NCBI RefSeq assembly: GCF_000011805.1
Contig: NC_006840.2
Reading direction: 5' to 3' (one strand)
DNA: 32,000 bases
Source of the DNA: Aliivibrio fischeri ES114
Lineage (GTDB): Bacteria; Pseudomonadota; Gammaproteobacteria; Enterobacterales; Vibrionaceae
Shown here: piece by piece, positions 8,239 to 17,227 of the stretch
Layout of the letters: each line of letters opens with the position of its first letter
Position numbering within the stretch: position 1 is the stretch's first letter
Notes under the pieces: generated by a model
Database searches by the model: none
Told to the model about the DNA's origin: nothing
The model's input: the letters and a program-made list of their open reading frames with translations, nothing else
Position numbers and translations under genes: made by a program

Positions 8239-9516
8239 ATGAAATTATTACCTGTTGCTCTGGCTGTTACAGCGACTCTTTCTTCATTTTCTACTTTTGC
8301 TGAAACAGATCCATTAGATAATATTCAATTAGATGATCAACAACCTTTAGTTATTTCTCCTCAATCGGATATTCCTGATGGGATTGTTTTTTCTGGTTAT
8401 GCTCGTTATGGCTTTCATTTTTCTGATGATACGCAAAAATATGTCTCAGCGGATGGTCAATTAATTGGTAATGCTGCTGGTCGTTTAGGTAATGAAAGTA
8501 ATGGCGGTGAGTTCCAGTTTGCAAAAGGATTTGTTTCTGATAATGGCACCATTTGGGATGTGGTTGTCATGCTAGAGCATTGGGGAGATGAGGTTGGCTT
8601 GAAGAAATTCTATGCGGGGGCGACGAATGTCTTTGAATCTCAACCTAATGCTTATATTTGGGCTGGTCGAGATTTCCATAACCGACCACAGACAGGATTA
8701 AACGATTACTTCTGGATGATGAATGATTCTCAAGGTGCTGGTATTAAAAACCTTGAGTTTGGTAACGTGAAATTCGATATGGCTGCAGTTGCACAAGTTG
8801 TTGATGGTGGTGGTACAGGTGACAGTGGTAATTACGCAATTACATCTAAATTACATGGAATTAATTTAACGGACGCATTAGATCTTTCTTTCTATGCGAA
8901 CTATGGTTTTTCCTCTAAAAATACTGAGACTGACAAGGACACGCAAACTTGTACGGGAACCGGTGCAGATAAGCAGTGTTATGTCGATGATATTGACTCG
9001 TACCAATTGGCGCTTGAGTTAAATCATAGTGTTGGAATGCTGAGTAATAAGTTTGTGGCTCGCTATGGTAATAACGTTGATAACAATATTTTTAATAAGA
9101 CAGAAGATTTATCGACGTTGTTGATGCAGCTAGAAGGTAAGTTAGTGATGAGCAATCAAACTAATATTGAATATCTAGTTGGTTATCAATCATTAGAAGA
9201 TAAAAATGCGAGTCAAGATGACCGAGCTAACTACAGTGCTATTGTGCGTCCCACTTATGCATGGAATAACATTCACTCGACATGGCTAGAAGCGGGTTAT
9301 TCACTGGTTGATTTTGATAATCAAAGCGGACAAAACGATGCTTGGAAAGTAACCTTATCTCAAAATATTAGCTTTGATATGGATTCAGGTGCAAGACCAA
9401 TGTTGAGATTTTACGCAACCGTTGGCGACTCAAATACAGAAGTGGATTTAACTCGTGGAGAAACGAGTAAGCAAGATACTTTTGCCGTTGGTGCTATGTG
9501 GGAAGCATGGTGGTAA
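8239..9516 (+). CDS. LamB/maltoporin-family carbohydrate-selective porin
   Basis: 425 aa. The signal peptide is MKLLPVALAVTATLSSFSTFA. FSGYARYGFHF resembles the LamB N-terminal strand. The sequence is aromatic-rich and ends ...FAVGAMWEAWW, typical of LamB-family C-termini. Confidence 0.8.
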   Translation: MKLLPVALAVTATLSSFSTFAETDPLDNIQLDDQQPLVISPQSDIPDGIVFSGYARYGFHFSDDTQKYVSADGQLIGNAAGRLGNESNGGEFQFAKGFVSDNGTIWDVVVMLEHWGDEVGLKKFYAGATNVFESQPNAYIWAGRDFHNRPQTGLNDYFWMMNDSQGAGIKNLEFGNVKFDMAAVAQVVDGGGTGDSGNYAITSKLHGINLTDALDLSFYANYGFSSKNTETDKDTQTCTGTGADKQCYVDDIDSYQLALELNHSVGMLSNKFVARYGNNVDNNIFNKTEDLSTLLMQLEGKLVMSNQTNIEYLVGYQSLEDKNASQDDRANYSAIVRPTYAWNNIHSTWLEAGYSLVDFDNQSGQNDAWKVTLSQNISFDMDSGARPMLRFYATVGDSNTEVDLTRGETSKQDTFAVGAMWEAWW

Positions 9517-9545
9517 CCAAAAGGATATAAAATAAGGGGGGAATT

Positions 9546-9580
9546 GGGCTAGCAGCAATACTATGTGCTAGCCCAGTTTT
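9546..9580 (+). terminator. Terminator after the porin gene
   Basis: gggctagca (9546-9554) pairs with tgctagccc (9566-9574). The sequence agtttt follows. Confidence 0.65.
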
Positions 9581-9582
9581 CA

Positions 9583-9891
9583 TTAGTATTCTTCAGCCAT
9601 GCGATACGGAGGTAAATTAAACTTTGCTGCTTTAAAGCCTATCATGATCAATTTACCTGTGTAGTGGTCATCTCCCACGGAAGAAAACTCGAATTCATAA
9701 ATAGTGTGTAGGCGCTTTTTACCGTCAGGTAATTGAATACCGTAAGAACCTCTTGCGACACTAAGTAGCTGTAATTCCATTTTTTTACAATAATGTTGAA
9801 TAGCTTGGTGAGCATATTCCGATTGTCTTCTTTGTTGCCAAAAAAGAAAGCAGAATAGGGTTAGCGCTAATATCGCAAGTAGATTATCCAT
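9583..9891 (-). CDS. DUF3301-like small membrane-anchored protein
   Basis: 102 aa. It has an N-terminal TM helix (LLAILALTLFCFLFW) followed by a soluble domain. It starts 3 nt after the stop of the upstream DUF3549-like gene. The family name is from memory. Confidence 0.6.
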   Translation of the reverse strand: MDNLLAILALTLFCFLFWQQRRQSEYAHQAIQHYCKKMELQLLSVARGSYGIQLPDGKKRLHTIYEFEFSSVGDDHYTGKLIMIGFKAAKFNLPPYRMAEEY

Positions 9892-9894
9892 ATC

Positions 9895-10932
9895 TTAGCT
9901 CTTGGTGGTTTGCTGCAATTTTAATAAAGCGTTAGCCAGTTTAGGATCCGCTTCTCCATGAAGGATCTGAAGCATGCACATACGAAGTTTCGGTTGCATT
10001 ACTAAATCAGCAAACAACTGATTAAATAGCTGTTGATCACCCGTTTGAGCCAATCGTAATAGGAAAAGATTAGCAGCAGACAGCTCCTCTAATCCACTCC
10101 AACAACGACCAGCAATAGCGACAAGAACTTCAGGGTGGCTTAGGCGCTCACTCGCTAAAATCAAAGTCAGTGCTTTAATTAAAGTATTCTTATCTGCTCC
10201 AGAAAGTGCACGAATATGTGCAGATAATAGAAACAGATCAGATTCTTTGTCGTTGCATAGATCTTGGATTGTTTCTAATTGCTTTTGTGCTAATTTTTCA
10301 GGTAAGTTGATGTGTTCTAAGCAACCTAATGTTGCGTATAAAACCGTTGTCGGTAAATGAGACAACGCTTTGCGAAGTGCTGTACTGTTGTTGTCTTTAT
10401 TTAGATTTGCACATACATCTGCTAACCCTTGCATTCCCACAAATTGCCAGTTATCCCAACCGTTTGTACCTGAAAGGTAAGTTTTAGCATGCTCATAATA
10501 TTGACTCATCGGCTGTGCTAATTCCGCACGCAAGAGACTATGAAACATTGCCATCTTGTCATCTTTAGGCTTAAAGGTATAAGGGTTATTTGACAACTTT
10601 TGTTGCTGCTCTTCGCTTAAATCGCCGCTTAATGACACTCCAATCGCTTCGATAACGTACTTAATAAAATTACCGATATCAGCTTGTTGCAGTAGACTTC
10701 GTTCATCTAAAGGCAGTTTTAAAAACCAAATCCAAGGTTGTTTTGTGTCATTCCAATAAGCGATAGCTAAATGAGCATGACGTTGTAGTGGGTAAGGATA
10801 AGGTTGCTGTCCAGCTTCAATAGATTCAAATTGTTTATTTGAGATAGGTTGAACACGGCGACCTAAGTCATAAATCGTGTATTCACAATCTGATTGCTGT
10901 ATCAGTTGGGTAAGCGTATAAATCTGATCCAT
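9895..10932 (-). CDS. DUF3549-like protein of unknown function
   Basis: This is a long uninterrupted ORF. The track start at 11004 is a TTG that lies only 12 nt from the divergent ORF. I prefer the ATG at 10932 (MDQIYTLTQLIQQ...), which leaves a 102-bp divergent promoter region. There is no strong SD at either start. Confidence 0.65.
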   Translation of the reverse strand: MDQIYTLTQLIQQSDCEYTIYDLGRRVQPISNKQFESIEAGQQPYPYPLQRHAHLAIAYWNDTKQPWIWFLKLPLDERSLLQQADIGNFIKYVIEAIGVSLSGDLSEEQQQKLSNNPYTFKPKDDKMAMFHSLLRAELAQPMSQYYEHAKTYLSGTNGWDNWQFVGMQGLADVCANLNKDNNSTALRKALSHLPTTVLYATLGCLEHINLPEKLAQKQLETIQDLCNDKESDLFLLSAHIRALSGADKNTLIKALTLILASERLSHPEVLVAIAGRCWSGLEELSAANLFLLRLAQTGDQQLFNQLFADLVMQPKLRMCMLQILHGEADPKLANALLKLQQTTKS

Positions 10933-11034
10933 GATATGTCTTATTTTATGGGTAATGTCGTGATTATACCCAAGCCTTGATAAGATGGTATCCTTTGTTA
11001 TCAAAAGTATCAGAGAGTGCGAGTTTTATCGGAT

Positions 11035-11349
11035 ATGACGACATCGTTAGAATTATCAACATTATTAGAGCAGTTAGCTCTGCAATTAGAACATCATGGG
11101 CACTGGCAACGTACGTCACCATCGATAGCCGATTTATCAAGTACAGAGCCATTTGCCATTGATACTCTATCTGCATCTGAGTGGTTGCAGTGGATTTTTA
11201 TCCCTAAGATGAATTATCTAATTGAGAATAATAAACCGACGCCAAAAGGGGTCTCAATTGCTCCCTATATTGAAGAAGCATTAAAGGATATTGAAGGGTA
11301 TAACGAGATTGTACGCTTATGTCATGCCATTGATGCATTAGGTAAATGA
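11035..11349 (+). CDS. yqcC: YqcC (DUF446) family protein
   Basis: MTTSLELSTLLEQLALQLEHHGHWQ...SEWLQWIFIPKM aligns with my recollection of E. coli YqcC (...HQHWR...LEWLQWVLIPRM). The start was moved from the GTG at 11017 to the ATG at 11035. It lies directly upstream of truC, as in E. coli. Confidence 0.8.
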   Translation: MTTSLELSTLLEQLALQLEHHGHWQRTSPSIADLSSTEPFAIDTLSASEWLQWIFIPKMNYLIENNKPTPKGVSIAPYIEEALKDIEGYNEIVRLCHAIDALGK

Positions 11350-11350
11350 A

Positions 11351-12130
11351 GTGAATACAGAAGAAATGACAGCTGTGAATGATGAGTTATTAGAAGAACA
11401 AGCTGAGCCAATAGAGCTTGAGATTGTTTATCGTGATGAACATTTAATTGCGATTAATAAACCTGCAGGAATGTTAGTGCACCGTTCATGGCTTGATAAA
11501 CACGAAACGGTATTTGCGATGCAAACATTACGTGATCAAATTGGTCAGCATGTGTTTCCATTACATCGTTTAGACAGACCAACATCAGGGATATTATTCT
11601 TTGCTTTATCAAGCGAGATTGCTGCACAAGTATCTCCACTTTTCGCAAGCAGAGAAATAAAGAAAACCTATCATGCGATTGTTCGCGGATGGATTGAAGA
11701 GGCGAACACGCTTGATTATCCATTGAAAAAAGAACTCGATAAAATTGCAGACAAAAAGGCATCACAAGAAGTCGAAGCTAAAGAAGCGATTACAGAGTAC
11801 AAACCGTTAGCTAAAGTGGAGTTACCTTATTCAACAGGTAAGTTTCCAACCACGCGGTATTGTTTGATGGAGTTAAAACCACATACTGGTAGAAAGCATC
11901 AACTTCGTCGTCATATGGCACATTTACGTCACCCAATTGTTGGTGATACAAGTCACGGCGATGGAAAGCATAATCGTTTATTTAAAGAAAAATTGGATAG
12001 CCACCGTTTGTTACTTCACGCATCTGAATTGAATTTTACTCATCCAATAACGGGGGAGGATATCGTGATTAAAGCGGACTTTGATGAGACTTGGAAAAAA
12101 CTATTTACTGAGTTTGGTTGGGATTTTTGA
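11351..12130 (+). CDS. truC: tRNA pseudouridine(65) synthase TruC
   Basis: IAINKPAGMLVHRSWLD and the catalytic HRLDRPTSG motif are present, with strong similarity to E. coli TruC. The start is a GTG at 11351; an alternative ATG lies at 11366. Confidence 0.85.
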   Translation: MNTEEMTAVNDELLEEQAEPIELEIVYRDEHLIAINKPAGMLVHRSWLDKHETVFAMQTLRDQIGQHVFPLHRLDRPTSGILFFALSSEIAAQVSPLFASREIKKTYHAIVRGWIEEANTLDYPLKKELDKIADKKASQEVEAKEAITEYKPLAKVELPYSTGKFPTTRYCLMELKPHTGRKHQLRRHMAHLRHPIVGDTSHGDGKHNRLFKEKLDSHRLLLHASELNFTHPITGEDIVIKADFDETWKKLFTEFGWDF

Positions 12131-12141
12131 TTTTTTATTAT

Positions 12142-12179
12142 AAAAAAGGGAAGACAGTTTATCTGTCTTCCCTTTTTTT
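12142..12179. terminator. Bidirectional terminator between truC and suhB
   Basis: gggaagacag (12148-12157) pairs with ctgtcttccc (12163-12172). It is flanked by an A-run and a T-run. Confidence 0.85.
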
Positions 12180-12195
12180 AAATCAATAAATGAAA

Positions 12196-12999
12196 TTACT
12201 TCATCATAGCTTCGTTGCCGTTTTCACGAACTTTTTTAAGCATCGCTTTAACAACACGTGGGCTACCAGCAACTAGGTTACCAGATTTTAGGTAATCAGT
12301 ACCGCCAACGAAGTCAGTACAGATAACGCCAGCTTCACGAGCAATTAAGTCAGCCGCTGTCATTTCCCAAGGCTTAAGGCCTAGTTCAACAAAACCGTCC
12401 ATGCGTGCAGATGCTAGGTAACATAGGTCTAGAGATGCACAACCAGAACGACGAACGTCAGAACCTTCGATGAATAACGCACCAACAACTTTCATGAAGC
12501 TTTCAGTGTGTTGTTTGTGACGGTATGGGAAACCTGTAGAGATGATAGCTTCGCTAAGATCTTTTAACTCTTTAACGCGCATACGTTGGTTGTTGCGTTG
12601 AGCACCAGCACCACGTTGAGCAGTAAATAGTTCATTACGGATTGGATCGTATACACAAGCTACTTCTGTACGGCCTTTGATGCGAACAGCAATAGAAACA
12701 GAGAAGTGTGGGATACCTTTAACGAAGTTAGTCGTGCCATCTAATGGGTCAATGATCCATTGAATGTCAGTGTCTTTACCTTCAATTAGGCCAGACTCTT
12801 CAGAAATGATGCTGTGATCAGGGTAAGATTTCTTGATCATGTCAACAAGAATGTATTGAGCATCGGCTTCGATGTTCGTAATAAATTCGTTGTTGCCTTT
12901 CTTTGTTGTTTCAATTTTGTCAGTTTGCTCAAAAGATTTAGCAACAAAGTCACCAGCTTTACGTGCAGCACGTACAGCAATGTTTAGCATTGGATGCAT
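12196..12999 (-). CDS. suhB: Inositol-1-monophosphatase SuhB
   Basis: MHPMLNIAVRAARKAG..., WIIDPLDGTTNF and the overall sequence match SuhB. I trimmed 17 codons from the track ORF, giving 267 aa as in E. coli. Confidence 0.9.
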   Translation of the reverse strand: MHPMLNIAVRAARKAGDFVAKSFEQTDKIETTKKGNNEFITNIEADAQYILVDMIKKSYPDHSIISEESGLIEGKDTDIQWIIDPLDGTTNFVKGIPHFSVSIAVRIKGRTEVACVYDPIRNELFTAQRGAGAQRNNQRMRVKELKDLSEAIISTGFPYRHKQHTESFMKVVGALFIEGSDVRRSGCASLDLCYLASARMDGFVELGLKPWEMTAADLIAREAGVICTDFVGGTDYLKSGNLVAGSPRVVKAMLKKVRENGNEAMMK

Positions 13000-13206
13000 A
13001 GTAATATCCCAAAAGATGTTAAAGAACAGAAATCGGCGGCGAGTATACACAGACTTATTATAAAAAGGAAGTGTTTATTTTTTGTTCATTCATTCTCTTT
13101 ATTACAAAAAAAGCGATCTAAGGTTAAAATCTCAGCGAGATAAAGAAGAAAGCCGTATTGCTTTATGTTAGTATCCGGCGGCTCTTTTCATTAGATGGGA
13201 AATAAC

Positions 13207-13932
13207 ATGTTAGATAAAATTCGTATTGTTCTTGTAGGAACTAGCCATTCAGGAAATATTGGTTCAGCTGCTCGCGCGATGAAAGTGATGGGGTTAACTA
13301 ATATGGTACTTGTTGCACCTGAGTGTGAAGTTGATGGCCAAGCCATTGCTTTAGCTGCAGGAGCAAGTGACATAGCGAATAATGCACGTGTTGTAGATAC
13401 ATTAGATGAAGCGATTTCTGATTGTGGTCTTGTTATTGGTTCAAGTGCTCGCTCTAGAACATTAGAATGGCCAATGTTAGAGCCACGAGAAGCGGGTATT
13501 AAAGCTATTGAAGAAGCGCCAACGCATCCAATTGCTTTTGTATTTGGTCGTGAAAGAGTCGGTTTGACAAATGAAGAGTTACAAAAATGTCATTTCCATG
13601 TATGTATTCCAGCTAACCCTGAATATAGCTCTTTAAATTTAGCAATGGCAGTGCAAACTATTAGTTACGAAGCACGCGTTGCATGGTTAGACAGTCAAGC
13701 ATATAAAGGGGAATCAAAAGAAGTTGATTACCCTTTGAACCATGAACTGGAATTATTCTACGAACACCTTGAAAAAGTGATGACGAATACCGACTTTATT
13801 AATAAGGCGCATCCAGGTCAGGTAATGAATAAAATGCGTCGTATGTTTAACCGCACACGTCCAGAAACTCAAGAATTACGCATTTTACGCGGTGTATTAA
13901 CCGCCGTAGAACGCAGTATGAAAGACAAGTAA
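13207..13932 (+). CDS. trmJ: tRNA (cytidine/uridine-2'-O)-methyltransferase TrmJ
   Basis: [30 protein letters not shown] and [15 protein letters not shown]...[14 protein letters not shown] are near-identical in pattern to E. coli TrmJ. The start is the ATG at 13207; 13195 is also possible. Confidence 0.9.
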   Translation: MLDKIRIVLVGTSHSGNIGSAARAMKVMGLTNMVLVAPECEVDGQAIALAAGASDIANNARVVDTLDEAISDCGLVIGSSARSRTLEWPMLEPREAGIKAIEEAPTHPIAFVFGRERVGLTNEELQKCHFHVCIPANPEYSSLNLAMAVQTISYEARVAWLDSQAYKGESKEVDYPLNHELELFYEHLEKVMTNTDFINKAHPGQVMNKMRRMFNRTRPETQELRILRGVLTAVERSMKDK

Positions 13933-13945
13933 TATCAAATAGTAA

Positions 13946-13970
13946 GTACTTGACTAAAATAGTAGGATAA
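13946..13970. promoter_or_regulatory. IscR type-1 binding site (upstream copy)
   Basis: GTACTTGACTAAAATAGTAGGATAA matches the remembered type-1 consensus ATASYYGACTRWWWYAGTCRRSTAT at 21 of 25 positions by my count. Confidence 0.6.
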
Positions 13971-13995
13971 ATACTTGACCAAAATAGTCAGGTAT
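13971..13995. promoter_or_regulatory. IscR type-1 binding site (promoter-proximal copy)
   Basis: ATACTTGACCAAAATAGTCAGGTAT matches the remembered type-1 consensus at 24 of 25 positions. It directly abuts the first copy and lies 45 bp upstream of iscR. Confidence 0.75.
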
Positions 13996-14039
13996 GGGAA
14001 ACTTCATTCCATACGAATAGTGTGGATATGAGGTAACTT

Positions 14040-14546
14040 ATGAAATTAACTTCAAAGGGAAGGTATGCAGTAACAGCAATGTTAGACGTTGCACTTCATG
14101 CCCAAGAAGGACCAGTGCCGCTTGCTGATATCTCAGAGCGCCAAGGAATTTCATTATCTTATCTTGAACAATTATTCTCTAGATTACGTAAAGCCGGTTT
14201 AGTTGCTAGCGTTCGAGGCCCAGGTGGTGGTTATCGCTTAGGATTAAAAGCTGAGCAAATTGCTGTTGGAATGGTTATTTCAGCCGTCGATGAATCAGTT
14301 GATGCAACGAAATGTCATGGAAAAGAAGGCTGCCAAGGTGGTACGCGTTGTTTAACGCACACATTGTGGCGTGATCTAAGTTCTCGAATCAGTACTTTCT
14401 TAGACGGTATTACGCTTGGTGAACTGATGCAAGATAATGAAGTTCAGCAAATATCCGATCGACAAAATGTTGATCTTGCCATAACAAATGGCTTAACTAC
14501 GAATTCAAAATTAACAAATTCTGTGGGTGTTAATGTCCGTTCTTAA
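14040..14546 (+). CDS. iscR: Fe-S cluster assembly transcriptional regulator IscR
   Basis: [20 protein letters not shown] (Rrf2 HTH). The cluster ligands are present as C-x5-C-x5-C-x2-H ([19 protein letters not shown]). Confidence 0.95.
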   Translation: MKLTSKGRYAVTAMLDVALHAQEGPVPLADISERQGISLSYLEQLFSRLRKAGLVASVRGPGGGYRLGLKAEQIAVGMVISAVDESVDATKCHGKEGCQGGTRCLTHTLWRDLSSRISTFLDGITLGELMQDNEVQQISDRQNVDLAITNGLTTNSKLTNSVGVNVRS

Positions 14547-14577
14547 CGGTCAAACGTCTGTATTTTTGGAGATGAAA

Positions 14578-15792
14578 ATGAAACTGCCAATTTACTTTGA
14601 TTATTCGGCTACGTGTCCTGTTGATAAACGTGTAGCGGATAAAATGGTTCAATACATGACAATGGATGGTTACTTTGGTAACCCTGCATCACGCTCACAC
14701 CGTTACGGCTGGCAGGCTGAAGAAGCGGTTGATACTGCACGTGAAAATATTGCCGATTTATTGAATGCTGATCCTCGTGAGATCGTATTTACATCGGGTG
14801 CAACAGAGTCTGACAACTTAGCAATTAAAGGTGCTGCGCATTTCTATAATAAGAAAGGTAAGCACATCATTACTTGTAAAACAGAACATAAAGCGGTTCT
14901 TGACCCATGTCGTCAACTTGAGCGTGAAGGTTATGAAGTAACTTACCTTGAGCCAGAATCAAACGGCCTTATTGACCTAGCTAAACTTGAAGCAGCAATG
15001 CGTGATGACACCGTTCTTGTTTCAATTATGCATGTAAATAACGAAATTGGTGTAATTCAAGATATTGCAGCAATTGGCGAGTTATGTCGTTCTCGTAAAA
15101 TTATTTTCCATGTTGATGCTGCACAATCTGCGGGTAAAATCCCACTAGATGTACAAGAAATTAAAGTAGATTTAATTTCACTATCAGCTCATAAAATTTA
15201 TGGCCCTAAAGGTATCGGCGCATTATATGTTCGTCGTAAGCCTCGCATTCGTTTAGAAGCACAAATGCACGGTGGTGGTCATGAGCGTGGTTTCCGTTCT
15301 GGTACTCTAGCAACACATCAAATTGTTGGTATGGGTGAAGCGTGTCGTATTGCAAAAGAAGAAATGCAAAAAGACTACGATCACTGTTTAGCAATGCGTG
15401 ACCGTTTATTGGACGGCATTAAAGATATGGAAGCGGTACACATTAATGGTGATTTAGACCAACGTGTACCAAGTAACCTGAATATCAGTTTTGAATTTGT
15501 TGAAGGTGAGTCTTTATTAATGGCTCTTAAAGATCTTGCTGTATCTTCTGGTTCTGCATGTACTTCAGCAAGTCTTGAACCTTCATATGTACTACGTGCA
15601 TTAGGTCTAAATGATGAACTAGCACACAGTTCAATTCGTTTCTCTTTTGGCCGTTATACAACAGCAGAAGAGATCGATCACGCGGTTTCACAAATTAGCC
15701 AAGCAGTAAACAAACTGCGTGATATGTCACCACTGTGGGACATGTACAAAGAAGGCATCGACTTAAACACGGTTGAGTGGGCACACCACTAA
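14578..15792 (+). CDS. iscS: Cysteine desulfurase IscS
   Basis: [16 protein letters not shown]..., [10 protein letters not shown] (PLP Lys) and SSGSACTS (active Cys). GGAG lies 6 nt before the ATG at 14578, giving 404 aa as in E. coli. The track ORF start at 14527 overlaps iscR and was rejected. Confidence 0.95.
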   Translation: MKLPIYFDYSATCPVDKRVADKMVQYMTMDGYFGNPASRSHRYGWQAEEAVDTARENIADLLNADPREIVFTSGATESDNLAIKGAAHFYNKKGKHIITCKTEHKAVLDPCRQLEREGYEVTYLEPESNGLIDLAKLEAAMRDDTVLVSIMHVNNEIGVIQDIAAIGELCRSRKIIFHVDAAQSAGKIPLDVQEIKVDLISLSAHKIYGPKGIGALYVRRKPRIRLEAQMHGGGHERGFRSGTLATHQIVGMGEACRIAKEEMQKDYDHCLAMRDRLLDGIKDMEAVHINGDLDQRVPSNLNISFEFVEGESLLMALKDLAVSSGSACTSASLEPSYVLRALGLNDELAHSSIRFSFGRYTTAEEIDHAVSQISQAVNKLRDMSPLWDMYKEGIDLNTVEWAHH

Positions 15793-15826
15793 AACACGGA
15801 CGTTACAGAATTTAGAGGTATATATC

Positions 15827-16210
15827 ATGGCTTATAGCGAAAAAGTAATCGACCATTACGAAAACCCTCGTAATGTTGGTTCATTTGAAAAAGACGACCC
15901 ATCAGTGGGTAGCGGCATGGTTGGTGCTCCGGCTTGTGGTGATGTTATGAAACTACAAATCAAAGTATCTCCAGAAGGTGTTATCGAAGATGCAAAATTC
16001 AAAACATACGGTTGTGGTTCTGCAATTGCATCAAGCTCATTAGTTACTGAGTGGGTAAAAGGTAAAACACTAGACGAAGCTGCAGCACTTAAAAATGCTG
16101 AAATTGCAGAAGAGCTTGAGTTACCACCAGTGAAAGTTCACTGTTCAATTCTTGCAGAAGATGCGATCAAAGCAGCGGTATCTGATTACCGTAATAAACA
16201 CCAAGATTAA
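15827..16210 (+). CDS. iscU: Fe-S cluster scaffold IscU
   Basis: MAYSEKVIDHYENPRNVG. The three Cys are in ACGD, GCGS and HCS, and the LPPVK chaperone-binding motif is present. The start was moved to 15827. Confidence 0.95.
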   Translation: MAYSEKVIDHYENPRNVGSFEKDDPSVGSGMVGAPACGDVMKLQIKVSPEGVIEDAKFKTYGCGSAIASSSLVTEWVKGKTLDEAAALKNAEIAEELELPPVKVHCSILAEDAIKAAVSDYRNKHQD

Positions 16211-16228
16211 TTATTTTTGGTTAGATAG

Positions 16229-16273
16229 AGCACCTTTATTATTTGTTTTATTAATAAAAGGTGCTTTATTATT
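16229..16273 (+). terminator. Intra-operon hairpin or attenuator between iscU and iscA
   Basis: agcaccttt (16229-16237) pairs with aaaggtgct (16257-16265), with 4 further AT pairs after a 1-nt bulge. The sequence ttattatt follows. It sits in a 124-bp spacer. Confidence 0.45.
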
Positions 16274-16334
16274 GAGTAATGTCGTTAATAATTAATGACT
16301 CCCATGACCACAAACAAAAAGTAAAGGTTGCAGT

Positions 16335-16658
16335 ATGGCCATTTCAGTCACCGAAGCAGCGGCAAGCCGTGTACAAAAATTTCTTGAAAACCGAGGAAAA
16401 GGCGTTGGTTTACGTTTAGGCGTAAGAACCTCTGGTTGTTCGGGTATGGCTTATATTCTTGAATTTGTTGATGAGCTAAACGAAGAAGATCAAGTTTTCG
16501 AACAGTTTGGTGTAAAAATCATTATCGATCCAAAAAGCTTAGCTTATATGGATGGCACTGAATTGGACTTTGCAAAAGAAGGTCTAAATGAAGGCTTTAA
16601 ATTCAACAACCCGAACGTAAAAAGTGAATGTGGGTGTGGTGAAAGCTTCAACGTATAG
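16335..16658 (+). CDS. iscA: Fe-S cluster insertion protein IscA
   Basis: 107 aa. Contains GCSGMAY and the C-terminal CGCGESF motif. Confidence 0.95.
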   Translation: MAISVTEAAASRVQKFLENRGKGVGLRLGVRTSGCSGMAYILEFVDELNEEDQVFEQFGVKIIIDPKSLAYMDGTELDFAKEGLNEGFKFNNPNVKSECGCGESFNV

Positions 16659-16673
16659 AGCAAAACATTACTT

Positions 16674-17189
16674 ATGAATCATTTTGAATTATTTGGGCTA
16701 CCGAACCAGTTTGAACTGGATGGTGGCCTTCTTTCTCTTCAATTTAGAGAGTTGCAAAAACGCTTTCATCCAGATAATTTTGCAACATCTTCAGAGCGTG
16801 ACCGTTTACTTTCCATTCAAAAAGCTGCGCAAATTAATGATGCGTATCAAACATTAAAAAATCCAGTATCACGAGCTGAATACATACTTTCAGAGCAAGG
16901 TCATGATATTCGTGGTGAGCAAACCACAATGCAAGATCCTATGTTTTTAATGCAACAAATGGAACTGCGTGAAGAGTTAGAGTCATTACCATCAAGCTCA
17001 GATCCTGAAAGTGCTTTGTTTGATTTTGCTGAGAATGTAACAGCAATGCGTAAATCACAGTTAGTTCAACTGCAAGAACTATTGAAAAACGAAGCATGGA
17101 TTGAAGCCGCTCAGAGCGTTCGAAAGCTCAAATTTATTGAAAAACTGAATCAAGAAGTTGAGCAGTTAGAAGAGAAATTATTAGGTTAA
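16674..17189 (+). CDS. hscB: Co-chaperone HscB
   Basis: J-domain with HPD (LQKRFHPDNF). It is 171 aa and sits between iscA and hscA. Confidence 0.95.
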   Translation: MNHFELFGLPNQFELDGGLLSLQFRELQKRFHPDNFATSSERDRLLSIQKAAQINDAYQTLKNPVSRAEYILSEQGHDIRGEQTTMQDPMFLMQQMELREELESLPSSSDPESALFDFAENVTAMRKSQLVQLQELLKNEAWIEAAQSVRKLKFIEKLNQEVEQLEEKLLG

Positions 17190-17227
17190 CTCTTTTTGGG
17201 TTAATGAGATAAACGAAGGATACTTTC

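Noticed and set aside
2245-9582. The cel/porin block considered as a discrete mobile element (genomic island with integrase, or a transposon)
   Set aside because: I found no integrase, transposase, tRNA attachment site, terminal inverted repeats or flanking direct repeats. I call it only an accessory insertion by synteny and composition.
10964-11176. Two small overlapping ORFs (70 aa minus strand, 61 aa plus strand), together with the extended TTG (11004) and GTG (11017) starts of the divergent genes
   Set aside because: The extended starts would leave only 12 bp for two divergent promoters. Homology to YqcC begins at the ATG at 11035, and the DUF3549-like protein has an ATG at 10932. The small ORFs overlap yqcC and the promoter region and have no supporting features.
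14527-14577. N-terminal extensions of iscS (from 14527), iscU (from 15773), suhB (to 13050), celB (from 3835) and trmJ (from 13195)
   Set aside because: Homologues start at the internal Met (MKLPIY, MAYSEK, MHPMLN, MKKILL, MLDKIRI), and better Shine-Dalgarno spacing is found there. The extensions overlap upstream genes or promoters.
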